Origin: Candidatus Magasanikiibacteriota bacterium
Lineage (GTDB): Bacteria > Patescibacteriota > Patescibacteriia > Magasanikbacterales > GWA2-37-8
Direction of reading: 5' to 3'
Assembly (NCBI GenBank): GCA_041678665.1
Contig: JBAYNU010000001.1
Location: forward strand, 80,996 to 144,995
Length of the DNA: 64,000 nt
A program made the position numbers and the translations under genes. Position 1 is the first letter of the stretch; the number at the start of each line of letters is the position of its first letter. The notes beneath the pieces are model-generated. The model made no database searches and was not told the origin of the DNA. It saw only the letters and a list, made by a program, of their open reading frames with translations. Positions 37,384-46,378 of the stretch are shown one piece after another.

Positions 37384-38856
37384 TTAAATACGTTCCCGCT
37401 CGCTCGCCTTAGCCAAATATTCGTCCTTAATTTTTTCAAAATACCCTTTGGCCGCTTCAAATTCATTAGGAATAACCCCTTCCAAAATCGCCTCTTCAAT
37501 CGCCTCTTTGATAGCGCCCACCGTTGGCCCGGGCTTGAGTCCGGATGCCGCCATTATATCTTCTCCGCGAAATGGTGACTGAAAGGCGCGTAATTTATCT
37601 TTTTCGATCACTTCGTCGATGCGACTGCGTAATTTTTTGTAATTATTTTGTCGTTTTTCCAATTTATTTGGATTGCCAGTGGTAATATCCGATACACCCA
37701 AAATCAACAGGTCTTCGAGTTCGTCGCCTAAATTTACGATGAGTCTCCGCACGGCGCTATCGGTAATGCCTTCGTCCATAAGAGCAATCGGCTGCTGATG
37801 ATAACGCACTAACTTGGATAAATATTTATAATCGTCTTTGGAAAATTTAAGCCGCCGACAAATATCACCAACTAATTTTTTACCTAAATGTTCATGCGCG
37901 TGAAAAGTCCAGCCAATTTTGGGAAAAAACTTTTTTGTTTGTGGTTTGCCAATATCGTGCAAAAGTCCGGCCAAGCGCAAAATCGACTTGGCGCTGCGCA
38001 GGGCAATGTTATCCACCACTTTAAAAGTGTGAATCAAATTATTTTTATGTTGATGTCCCCAAATTTCTTCCACCCCATCAAGCGCCGACACTTCGGGTAA
38101 TATCAAATCCATGAGATGCGTCTGAAACATCAACACTAATCCGGTCGCCGGCAAGTTGGTTGCCATTAATTTCATTAATTCTTCCTGAACGCGTTCGGCC
38201 GAAACGATTTTGATGCGTTCACGATTGCGATAAATGGCCTCCAAAGTCTTGGGTTCGATCGAAAAATTTAATTGCGCCGCGAACCGAATGGCGCGCAACA
38301 TACGCAAGGGGTCATCCGAAAATGTAACGTCGGGATCAAGCGGGGTGCGCAAAATTTTATCTTGCAAATCCTGCTGACCGTTGAATTCATCAATAATAAA
38401 TTTCTTCCAAGTTTTCTTGCTTACCGCTTCGACCGGTAGCGCCATGGCATTCACTGTAAAATCTCGACGACTTAAATCATCTTTTAATGTTGCCGCCCTC
38501 ACCTTGGGCTTGCGCGATTTTTCATGATAACTCTCGGACCGCGCCCCCGCGAATTCCAAAACAACATGGTCATCGTCGCCATCTTTATTCCTTACTCCTT
38601 TGTCCTTATTCTTTATCACATACCGCGCCGTGTCAAAATCCGAAAATTCAACCAAAGAACCCACTTCTTTTAATTTTTTGTCCAGCGCCTGGGCAAACGC
38701 CAATCCACTACCCTCCACAACAAAATCAATATCCTTATTCTGTTCCATGCCCAAAAGCATATCACGCACAAAGCCACCCACGGCATAAACCGGAGTTTTT
38801 TCTTTTTTGGCCAAAACCGCAATATCTTTGAAAATCTTAGCTAATTTTACTGCCAT
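37384..38856 (-). CDS. cca: CCA-adding tRNA nucleotidyltransferase with C-terminal HD domain
   Basis: Pol-beta NTase head (VYAVGGFVRDMLLG...DIDFVV), PolyA_pol RNA-binding region and HD motif (LLHDIGKP). Carries the same in-frame KDKGVRNK-coding mini-repeat found in ppsA. Confidence 0.85.
   Translation of the reverse strand: MAVKLAKIFKDIAVLAKKEKTPVYAVGGFVRDMLLGMEQNKDIDFVVEGSGLAFAQALDKKLKEVGSLVEFSDFDTARYVIKNKDKGVRNKDGDDDHVVLEFAGARSESYHEKSRKPKVRAATLKDDLSRRDFTVNAMALPVEAVSKKTWKKFIIDEFNGQQDLQDKILRTPLDPDVTFSDDPLRMLRAIRFAAQLNFSIEPKTLEAIYRNRERIKIVSAERVQEELMKLMATNLPATGLVLMFQTHLMDLILPEVSALDGVEEIWGHQHKNNLIHTFKVVDNIALRSAKSILRLAGLLHDIGKPQTKKFFPKIGWTFHAHEHLGKKLVGDICRRLKFSKDDYKYLSKLVRYHQQPIALMDEGITDSAVRRLIVNLGDELEDLLILGVSDITTGNPNKLEKRQNNYKKLRSRIDEVIEKDKLRAFQSPFRGEDIMAASGLKPGPTVGAIKEAIEEAILEGVIPNEFEAAKGYFEKIKDEYLAKASERERI
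38581..38620. repeat. AG-rich mini-repeat (AAAGGAGTAAGGAATAAA family) inside cca, in-frame
   Basis: atctttattccttactcctttgtccttattctttatc encodes ...IKNKDKGVRNKDGDD... on the coding strand. Confidence 0.6.
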
Positions 38857-38863
38857 ATTGGCT

Positions 38864-40057
38864 CTATTCTACAGTATTTAGAGCTAATTGTCCACACGCC
38901 GCCGCGATGTCTTGGCCCTGGGAGCGGCGAATGGTGGTGGTAAACCCACATTTCATTAGGCGCTTATGCCAGTGGTCGATGGTGGTTTCGCCCACAATGT
39001 CATTCCCGCGCAAGCGGGAATCTGCCATGTCGTTGCGCGGATCCCCGCTTTCGCGGGGATGACAAGTCGCCGGAGTGTTGAGTGGTATCAAATTTATCCT
39101 CACCTTGCCCAACTTACTCGCGAGCTTGATGAGAGCTTTCAAATGTTTCTCGCTATCATTTTCGCCCGGCACAATCGTATACTCCATTCCAATAAACTGC
39201 GTGCGACTGCTAAACCGCTCGTGATATTTTTTACTCCACTCAATCAAAAATTTAAGAAAATCCTTTTGATGCGATGGAATTAATTTTTTGCGTTCTTCTT
39301 CAATTGGATTATGAAGCGAAAGCGCAAACCGCACCGGCGGCCAATCTTTATCCACTACCATTTTTTCCATAACCGTTGGCACACCCACAGTGGACACGGT
39401 AATCTGGCGCGGGCCCATTTCGGTGTATTTTAAAATTATATTCAATGCCGCTTTGACATTTTCATAATTTAAAAGTGGCTCACCCTGACCCATCAGAACG
39501 ATGTTGGAAATTCGCTTGTCATTCTGAGCGGAGCGAGCGAAAGCGAGCGCAGTCGAAGAATCTAAATTGCGTTGCTTATCAGATCCTTCGACTCCATTCG
39601 CCTTCGGCTCATTTCGCTCAGGATGACAGTTTGACAAATATTGTTGCCAAAACCTCACCTGGTCCACAATTTCTTGCATCGTCAAATTACGTTTGAACCC
39701 CATCTTGCCGGTAGCGCAAAACGTGCAACCCATCGGACAACCAACTTGGGTAGAAATACAAATGGTATAGCGTTCGTCTGCTTCTCTGGTTAACTTTTTA
39801 TTTTCACGCCCCATTAGCACTGTTTCAATACAAGCGCCATCACTCAATTCCAACAACACCTTTTTTGTCCCGTCAATCTTACTTATCTGCATAGTTTTTT
39901 CTTTCGCTACCATCCACGGCTCGCCTTTTAATTTTTCCCGCAAATCTTTGGGCAAAGTGGTAATTTCAAAATACGAAGAAACGCCCGGAGTAAACCAAGC
40001 GCGATAAATTTGATCAAGCCGATATTTGGGTTGATTGTCTAAAAGCTGAGATAACAT
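38864..40057 (-). CDS. rlmN: Radical-SAM 23S rRNA/tRNA adenine C2-methyltransferase RlmN, carrying two in-frame repeat insertions
   Basis: GCPMGCTFCATG (CxxxCxxC), LMGQGEPLLNYENV and the C-terminal Cys region match RlmN/Cfr. Two TGTCAT-type repeats (38998..39064, 39517..39628) are translated in-frame. Confidence 0.8.
   Translation of the reverse strand: MLSQLLDNQPKYRLDQIYRAWFTPGVSSYFEITTLPKDLREKLKGEPWMVAKEKTMQISKIDGTKKVLLELSDGACIETVLMGRENKKLTREADERYTICISTQVGCPMGCTFCATGKMGFKRNLTMQEIVDQVRFWQQYLSNCHPERNEPKANGVEGSDKQRNLDSSTALAFARSAQNDKRISNIVLMGQGEPLLNYENVKAALNIILKYTEMGPRQITVSTVGVPTVMEKMVVDKDWPPVRFALSLHNPIEEERKKLIPSHQKDFLKFLIEWSKKYHERFSSRTQFIGMEYTIVPGENDSEKHLKALIKLASKLGKVRINLIPLNTPATCHPRESGDPRNDMADSRLRGNDIVGETTIDHWHKRLMKCGFTTTIRRSQGQDIAAACGQLALNTVE
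38998..39064. repeat. TGTCAT-type repeat, type II arms, in-frame in rlmN
   Basis: TGTCATTCCCGCGCAAGCGGGAATC ... GGATCCCCGCTTTCGCGGGGATGACA, translated as ...CHPRESGDPRNDMADSRLRGND... Confidence 0.8.
39517..39628. repeat. TGTCAT-type repeat, long type I variant, in-frame in rlmN
   Basis: TGTCATTCTGAGCGGAGCGAGCGAAAGCGAGCGCAGTCGAAGAATC ... GATCCTTCGACTCCATTCGCCTTCGGCTCATTTCGCTCAGGATGACA. 112 nt. Translated as ...CHPERNEPKANGVEGSDKQRNLDSSTALAFARSAQNDK... Confidence 0.8.
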
Positions 40058-40059
40058 AA

Positions 40060-42561
40060 TTATTTTTTCTTCGCTACCACTAAACTCACTGTGGCCATTA
40101 CAAAAATCGGAATCAACACTAGCTCCAAATATACATAGGAAGGTATGGCAACAAAATGGAACACACTGCGAATCGGGGCAACTACCAAGGCCAGAACCAA
40201 GAGCACTGCCAGAAGCCCGACAATATACAACATCAAACGATTACTTTTTATTTGCGACCATTCACGACTAAAAAATGTAAGGAGTATTTGCGACCACACC
40301 AGTGCCGCAAACGCCACTGTGCGCCCAAGATCTAAGTTGCTAACACGCCAGCCAAAATAATAATAAAACCCTAAGCTCACTGCCAGTATCCCCGCTCCTT
40401 GCCAAAGTATCTGCCACCACAAACGCGGATTGACAATCGGCTCGCTTACCGGACGCGGCGGTTCACTCATTAAATTGTGACGCGCTTTTTCCTTTTCAAA
40501 ACCCAACACCGATACCGGATCACAAATAAGTTCCAGAAAAATAATGTGAATCGGCATAAATATTAATGGCTGTCCCAGAAATAACGGTACCACCGCAAGT
40601 CCAATAATCGGCAAATGAAACGAAAATAAAAACATAAAAGCATGGCGCAAATTGTCATAAATTCTACGACCTTCTTTTACTGCCGAAACAATAGTGGTTA
40701 AATTATCATCCAAAAGCACGATGCCCGACGCCGATCGGGCCACTTCGGTACCACGTTGACCCATGGCTACGCCAATGTCTGCTTTTTTCAACGCCGGCGC
40801 ATCGTTCACTCCGTCACCAGTCATCGCCACCACCTCGCCATTCTTTTGTAACGCTTCCACAATACGATACTTATGTTCCGGACGCACGCGCGCAAAAATA
40901 CTATGATCTTTTACCAAAGCACGCAAATCGCCCTCGCTCATATTCTCAATTTTAGCGCCACTGATGATTTCTTCGTTATGTTTTAAACCAATATGTTCGG
41001 CAATACTGTGAGCCGTCAATTTATTGTCGCCGGTAATCATAATAATGCGAATACCGGCATTCTGACAAATATCAATAGCTTCTTTTACACCGGCACGCGC
41101 CGGATCACTCATCACTAAAAATCCTACAAAATCCAAGCCGGTTAATTCCAATTGTTTTTTAGGTTCACATTTTTTTCTAGCCACACCAATTACTCGCAGG
41201 CCTTCGCTGGCTACCTGTTCATTTACGGTCGTCAAATGCCTTTTCTCTTTTTCTGATAATCCGCAACTACCTATTACCGATTCGGGCGCGCCGGCAGTAT
41301 ATTGAAAACAACTACCATTCTGATCTTGCCACACATGGTGTACCATTTTGGTTTCGGCGTTAAAAGAAAAATCTGCAATGAGCGAATGGGTATTAAAAAA
41401 ATTATTAAGATCCACTCCTTGTTGTTTGGCAAAATTATGCATTTCAATTTCGATTGGATCAATCGGCACGCGCTCCAAAGATAAAAGCGATGCCGTGATT
41501 AAAGATAGCAAATCTTGGCGAGTTTTCTTTCCATCCAAATTAATAAATTTATCATTAAAAAAAACTTTAACCAGAGACATGCGTCCCTCGGTTAAAGTGC
41601 CAGTTTTATCAGTAGCAATTACCGTGGCGCTGCCCAGTGTCTCCACCATCTCCATTTCGCGCACCAAAGCATTTTGTTTACTCATTCGCCATACACCCAC
41701 AATTAAAAATACCGAAAATACCACCGGAAATTCTTCGGGGATTAAAGACATGGCCATAGTCAGACCACCTAGAACTCCTTCTTCCCAACCATGAAATATA
41801 GTTAAAATACCAGCCACCAATACCGCCGCTAGTCCTGCCCCGATAGCAATACCGCGCACTAAATGATGAATTTTCTTTTGTAAAGGAGTTTGCTTGGATT
41901 CAATATTGGCAAGCAAGCTTCCCAAATGACCATAGGCTGTCGCAATACCGGTTTTTTCTACAAGCAAATAACCTTCCCCTGAAGTAGCGAGCGTTCCCTG
42001 AAACAAATAATGCTCTTCGGCGCTTGAATTGGTAGAAACGACCTCGGCTTTGACTACCGAAACCGATTCCCCGGTAAGCATACTCTCATCTACCTGAAGA
42101 CCCGGAGAATTTAACAGATATCCATCAGCTGGAACTTTATCGCCCGCCGTAAGATACACTAAATCGCCCGGCACCAAATAACGCACTTCCACTTCTTCTA
42201 ATTTACCATCGCGATAAACTCGGCAATGATTGACAATTAATTTGTCCAAAGCAGTAATAGCGGTATCAGTGCGCTGCTCTTGTAAATACTCAAAAAATAA
42301 AATCGGGATAATGGAACACATCAAAATAATGGCGTCAACCTTTTCCCCAATAAAAAAATATATGATAGCAGCAATAAAAATAAGAGCTATCATAGGCTCA
42401 GAAACTATTCCCCACAATCGATGCAACCAAGTTTTTTTCTTAGAATGCGGACGCTCGTTGTAACCGTATTTCGCCAAAGCAGCCTGCGCCTGCACACTAG
42501 TAAAACCATGGTAAGTGGAACGGATAGGCAAAACACTATCTAAAATATTGTTCTGGTTCAT
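40060..42561 (-). CDS. P-type cation-transporting ATPase (P2-type, Ca2+/Mg2+-like)
   Basis: 833 aa. DKTGTLT phosphorylation motif, TGES-like actuator, MITGDN, GDGVNDAPALKKADIGVAMG, 10 TM helices. Confidence 0.85.
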   Translation of the reverse strand: MNQNNILDSVLPIRSTYHGFTSVQAQAALAKYGYNERPHSKKKTWLHRLWGIVSEPMIALIFIAAIIYFFIGEKVDAIILMCSIIPILFFEYLQEQRTDTAITALDKLIVNHCRVYRDGKLEEVEVRYLVPGDLVYLTAGDKVPADGYLLNSPGLQVDESMLTGESVSVVKAEVVSTNSSAEEHYLFQGTLATSGEGYLLVEKTGIATAYGHLGSLLANIESKQTPLQKKIHHLVRGIAIGAGLAAVLVAGILTIFHGWEEGVLGGLTMAMSLIPEEFPVVFSVFLIVGVWRMSKQNALVREMEMVETLGSATVIATDKTGTLTEGRMSLVKVFFNDKFINLDGKKTRQDLLSLITASLLSLERVPIDPIEIEMHNFAKQQGVDLNNFFNTHSLIADFSFNAETKMVHHVWQDQNGSCFQYTAGAPESVIGSCGLSEKEKRHLTTVNEQVASEGLRVIGVARKKCEPKKQLELTGLDFVGFLVMSDPARAGVKEAIDICQNAGIRIIMITGDNKLTAHSIAEHIGLKHNEEIISGAKIENMSEGDLRALVKDHSIFARVRPEHKYRIVEALQKNGEVVAMTGDGVNDAPALKKADIGVAMGQRGTEVARSASGIVLLDDNLTTIVSAVKEGRRIYDNLRHAFMFLFSFHLPIIGLAVVPLFLGQPLIFMPIHIIFLELICDPVSVLGFEKEKARHNLMSEPPRPVSEPIVNPRLWWQILWQGAGILAVSLGFYYYFGWRVSNLDLGRTVAFAALVWSQILLTFFSREWSQIKSNRLMLYIVGLLAVLLVLALVVAPIRSVFHFVAIPSYVYLELVLIPIFVMATVSLVVAKKK

Positions 42562-42591
42562 AAACCTAATACCTAAAAGCTAAAAGCCAAT

Positions 42592-43626
42592 TTATACCTT
42601 TTTCTGTCTCCCTGCCCTCTTCTCGGCTGTGGCTTCATCTATCCACCCTTCTTTAAATAATTCCTTAACTGAATTTTCCATAGTAATCATTCCTTCTTTA
42701 GCCCCCGTTTGAATCACTGTTTTGAGTTGATCAATTTTATTTTCTCGAATCAAATTGGCGGTCGCCGGAGTATTTACCAAAATCTCGCGCGCTGGCACTC
42801 GCCCGCCATCTTTAGATGGAAGTAATTGTTGTGCCACCACCATACGTAAAACCGAAGCTAGCTGAATCAAAATTTGTTTTTGCTTTGTTCCGTCAAACAC
42901 ATCCACAATACGCTCCACAGCTTCAGCCGCGCTCGGCGTATGCAAGGTAGACAAAACCAAGTGACCAGTTTCGGCAGCGGTAAGCGCAGTGGCAATCGTT
43001 TCGGAATCACGCATTTCACCTACATAAATAATATTTGGATCTTGACGTAGCACGTATTTAAGCGCCTGAGCGAATGACTTGGTATCAATTCCGACTTCAC
43101 GCTGTTCAATTAGGCTTTTCTTGTCCTCAAACATAAATTCAATTGGATCTTCAATAGTTACAATATGCGCTTTGCGACTTTTGTTAATCTCTTCAATAAT
43201 CGAAGCGATCGTTGTGGACTTACCAGAACCAGTCGGACCAGTTACTAATATCAAACCATCTAAAAAATTCGGAATTTCCAAAAGCGGGGCTTCAAAATGC
43301 AAATCTTTAGGATTAGGAATCTCGGCTGGAATCAAACGCGCTGCCAGACCAATCTTTTCAGCCTGCTGATGCAAATTCACACGAAAGCGCGCCCCATCAA
43401 TTTCATAGCCAAAATCAAACTCTAAGCTCTCACGATATTTGGCCAGCTGTTCTTTATTTAATAATTCCATGATGGCTATCTCTAGATCTTTATTGTCCAA
43501 TTTTTTTTCTGCCAATTCTTTAAGTTCTCCTTCGATCCTAAGCATCGGCAACTCCCCGCCCACTAAATGCAAATCCGACGCCTCGGCCTTAATGGCCTCT
43601 TTAAAATAATTTTGGATGTTTAACAT
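42592..43626 (-). CDS. pilT: Type IV pilus retraction ATPase PilT
   Basis: 344 aa. Walker A GPTGSGKSTT, Asp/His boxes, PilT-size secretion ATPase. Confidence 0.85.
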   Translation of the reverse strand: MLNIQNYFKEAIKAEASDLHLVGGELPMLRIEGELKELAEKKLDNKDLEIAIMELLNKEQLAKYRESLEFDFGYEIDGARFRVNLHQQAEKIGLAARLIPAEIPNPKDLHFEAPLLEIPNFLDGLILVTGPTGSGKSTTIASIIEEINKSRKAHIVTIEDPIEFMFEDKKSLIEQREVGIDTKSFAQALKYVLRQDPNIIYVGEMRDSETIATALTAAETGHLVLSTLHTPSAAEAVERIVDVFDGTKQKQILIQLASVLRMVVAQQLLPSKDGGRVPAREILVNTPATANLIRENKIDQLKTVIQTGAKEGMITMENSVKELFKEGWIDEATAEKRAGRQKKV

Positions 43627-43710
43627 AAATTATACATTAAAATATAAAAACACCAGAATATCAAAACAGCCGACTAACTCTTCGATTAATAACTATATTG
43701 CTTGAATGAA

Positions 43711-44360
43711 CTAAAATCCTTTATGTTCCAAAAGTACTGTAAAAGTACGAAAAATAATTTTAATGTCTTGCCACAAAATTTGCCACGAATTATGTGTGCG
43801 ACAAAAATTAATATACTGCTCGTCCAAATTCCAAGGGTCTTTCACTTCGTTAAAATGTCCTTTATAAGATTGAAACAAACCGGTTAATCCTCCGCGCATC
43901 GCTTTTTTAACAAAAATTCCTTCGGCTAGTTGTATTTTATAATCTTTTTGGTTAGGCGGCCGCGGTCCTACAATACTCATTTCGCCCTTAAGCACATTCC
44001 AAAGCTGGGGCAATTCGTCCAAATAAACTTTTTTAAACAATCGTCCGACCCGGGTCAAATTTTGCGGTTTAGATTCTATCCGAGCTGTTTTAATAAACCC
44101 TTCCTGTTTCATTTCATCTTCGTAAACTTTGGGCCAACAAGTGCGAATTTTACAAAATTTAAAAGCTTTGCCACCTGACACCCGCTCTTCACAATAAAAC
44201 CACTGGCCACGCGCTTGGGAATTGAAAACGCGCTCCATGGTAAGTAATAAGAAAAAAACAATAACAACGGAGATAATAATACTAAACTAGCTAGTGCCAC
44301 CACAATATCTAAAATACGCTTGGACAACGGGATGGGAACAAAATCATTAACAGTCAACAT
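43711..44360 (-). pseudogene. Polyprenyl-phosphate sugar phosphotransferase (PglC/WbaP-C-like) interrupted by a frameshift
   Basis: N-terminal re-entrant helix (KRILDIVVALASLVLLSPLLLFF...) is in ORF 44109..44360. The catalytic part (GQWFYCEERVSGGKAFKF...DELPQLWNVLKGEMSIVGPRPP) is in ORF 43711..44238, in a different frame. The two overlap across 44109..44238. A T7 homopolymer sits at 44253..44259. Confidence 0.5.
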
Positions 44361-44411
44361 AATGATAATATTCTATCATATTACACCTAAAACTCCAATA
44401 GATAAGACGAT

Positions 44412-45089
44412 TTGCCCCTAACCGCAAAAAGTGCTAAAATCTATTCAACTATGACTACCAATTTTCGTAAGCTAAAATCCCAAGAAGAAATTTTCAACAA
44501 ATTTATCCGTCGCTTATCACCTCAGGCACAAACAACTCTAAAAGCGGCCTTTAAATTATCCAAACACGCCCACACTGGTCAAAAACGCGACGAGGGTGAC
44601 CCATATTTTATCCACCCCCTACGCGTGGCAAATTTTTTAATCAAAGATTTGAAAGTATTCAATCCTGATATTATTTCTTCAGCTCTGCTTCACGATGTGG
44701 TGGAAGATACCGACGTGCCGTTGTCAATTATAAAAAAACAATTTGGAACGCGCATTGGCAACTTAGTAAAAAACCTCACCCGACCCCGACCCAAACACGA
44801 AACCGAAGATCATAAAAGAAAAGGTAAACTAAAAAAATATTACGCACTTTTAAAAGCCGACGAAGATACCCGACTCATTAAATGTGCCGACATGCTCGAT
44901 AATTTACGCTCCATGCATTTTGTCCCCAAACACCACCCCACTCGCCGCAAATTTCCGCGCTGGCTTGAAGAAGTTAAAAAATATAATTTGCCTTTAGCAC
45001 GCATCACCAACAAAACCGTTGTTATTAAAATGCAAAAAACTTTTAACCAAACCAAAAAATACTTATCAACAAAGACTACTCACACTTGA
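44412..45089 (+). CDS. HD-domain (p)ppGpp hydrolase-like protein (SpoT/Mesh1-type small alarmone hydrolase)
   Basis: HAHTGQKRDEGDPYFIHPLRVA...SALLHDVVEDTDV reproduces the RelA/SpoT HD hydrolase motifs. No synthetase domain. Confidence 0.7.
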   Translation: MPLTAKSAKIYSTMTTNFRKLKSQEEIFNKFIRRLSPQAQTTLKAAFKLSKHAHTGQKRDEGDPYFIHPLRVANFLIKDLKVFNPDIISSALLHDVVEDTDVPLSIIKKQFGTRIGNLVKNLTRPRPKHETEDHKRKGKLKKYYALLKADEDTRLIKCADMLDNLRSMHFVPKHHPTRRKFPRWLEEVKKYNLPLARITNKTVVIKMQKTFNQTKKYLSTKTTHT

Positions 45090-45126
45090 TTTTTTCTATA
45101 AACATGATATAATCCTAAAAGTTTAA

Positions 45127-45200
45127 CGGGGTGTGGCCCAATTGGCTAAGGCGCGTGATTCGGGTTCACGAGATTCCGGGTTCAAGTCCCGGCACCCCGA
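45127..45200 (+). tRNA. tRNA-Pro (anticodon CGG)
   Basis: CGGGGTG acceptor pairs with CACCCCG. Anticodon stem CGTGA/TCACG with loop TTCGGGT. T-arm CCGGG-TTCAAGT-CCCGG. Discriminator A. 74 nt. Confidence 0.85.
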
Positions 45201-45210
45201 CTAAACTAAA

Positions 45211-45243
45211 ACAACGCTTGTTAATCAGCGTTGTTTTGTATAT
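45211..45243 (+). terminator. Rho-independent terminator after tRNA-Pro
   Basis: AACAACGCT-tgttaatc-AGCGTTGTT followed by TTGTAT. Flanked by the direct repeat CTAAACTAAAACA on both sides. Confidence 0.5.
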
Positions 45244-45265
45244 AATACCAACACTAAACTAAAAC

Positions 45266-46360
45266 ATGAATAAAAAAATCATCATTCTTCACGACTATTT
45301 TCTCTACAAAGGCGGCGGCGAGCGGCTGGTAATTAGCATGGCCAAAAACCTTGGCGCCGATATTGCCACGGCCTTTATTGCGAAAGACGCCTTTGATCCA
45401 CGCGGACAAATTCCAGGCCGAGTGTTTGAATTATATCGCGAAAAAACATGGTCGCGCATGCCGGGCTTTCGCTATCTACAGACACAACTATCTTTTTTAT
45501 TCAAAACCAAATTCCTAAAAAATTACGACACTGTCATCTACAGCGGCGATTGCCTAATCGCGGCTCTGCGCGCCACCAACGCAAAAAATATTGCCTACAT
45601 GCACACTCCCCCGCGCCATTTGTTTGATTGCTACCAAGAAAAATTAAGCGCTTACAGTTGGTGGAAAAAAATATTATTTATCCCCTTTGCCGCCTTCAAC
45701 CGCTGGCGTTTTCGCGCACTGTCACGCAAAATGGATAAAATCATTACCAATTCCCAAAATACCCAAGCGCGCATCAAAAAATATTTAGGGCTTGATTCAA
45801 CGGTGGTCTACCCCCCTTGCACCACTTTGCCCTTTAAAAATCTGGGTCAAGGAGATTACTTTTTTTCCTGGGCACGGCTTTATTCCATCAAACGCATTGA
45901 TTTAATCGTGCGGGCTTTCACTCAAATGCCCGATAAGAAATTAATCTTGGCCTCGGGCGGACCGGAATTAGAAAATATTAAAAAATTGGCCCAGGGACAC
46001 GACAATATTACAATCGTCGGCTGGATTAACGACGACCAGCTTTTGGATTATTTGGGGCATTGTCTCGCCACTGTTTATATTCCGGTGCGCGAGGATTTCG
46101 GCATGAGCCCAGTAGAAAGTATGGCGGGCGGCAAACCGGTAATCGCCAGCGCCGAGGGCGGGCTACTGGAAATTATTGAGCATCAAAAAAACGGCCTGAT
46201 GATTCCGGCCGATCCTCTAATTGACGACTTGATTAAGGCGGTGAAAAAAATGACACCTGAAAAAGCCAGATCAATGGAACAAAACTGTTACGCTACCGCG
46301 CGTCAGTTTACCGAAGCGCAATTTGCGGATAAAATACGGCAGGCAATCATTACCGCCTAA
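45266..46360 (+). CDS. Glycosyltransferase family 4 (GT-B, RfaB-like)
   Basis: 364 aa. C-terminal EDFGMSPVESMAGGKPVIASAEGGLLEII is the GT4 EX7E region. Confidence 0.8.
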   Translation: MNKKIIILHDYFLYKGGGERLVISMAKNLGADIATAFIAKDAFDPRGQIPGRVFELYREKTWSRMPGFRYLQTQLSFLFKTKFLKNYDTVIYSGDCLIAALRATNAKNIAYMHTPPRHLFDCYQEKLSAYSWWKKILFIPFAAFNRWRFRALSRKMDKIITNSQNTQARIKKYLGLDSTVVYPPCTTLPFKNLGQGDYFFSWARLYSIKRIDLIVRAFTQMPDKKLILASGGPELENIKKLAQGHDNITIVGWINDDQLLDYLGHCLATVYIPVREDFGMSPVESMAGGKPVIASAEGGLLEIIEHQKNGLMIPADPLIDDLIKAVKKMTPEKARSMEQNCYATARQFTEAQFADKIRQAIITA

Positions 46361-46378
46361 AATTAATCTTAAATCTCA

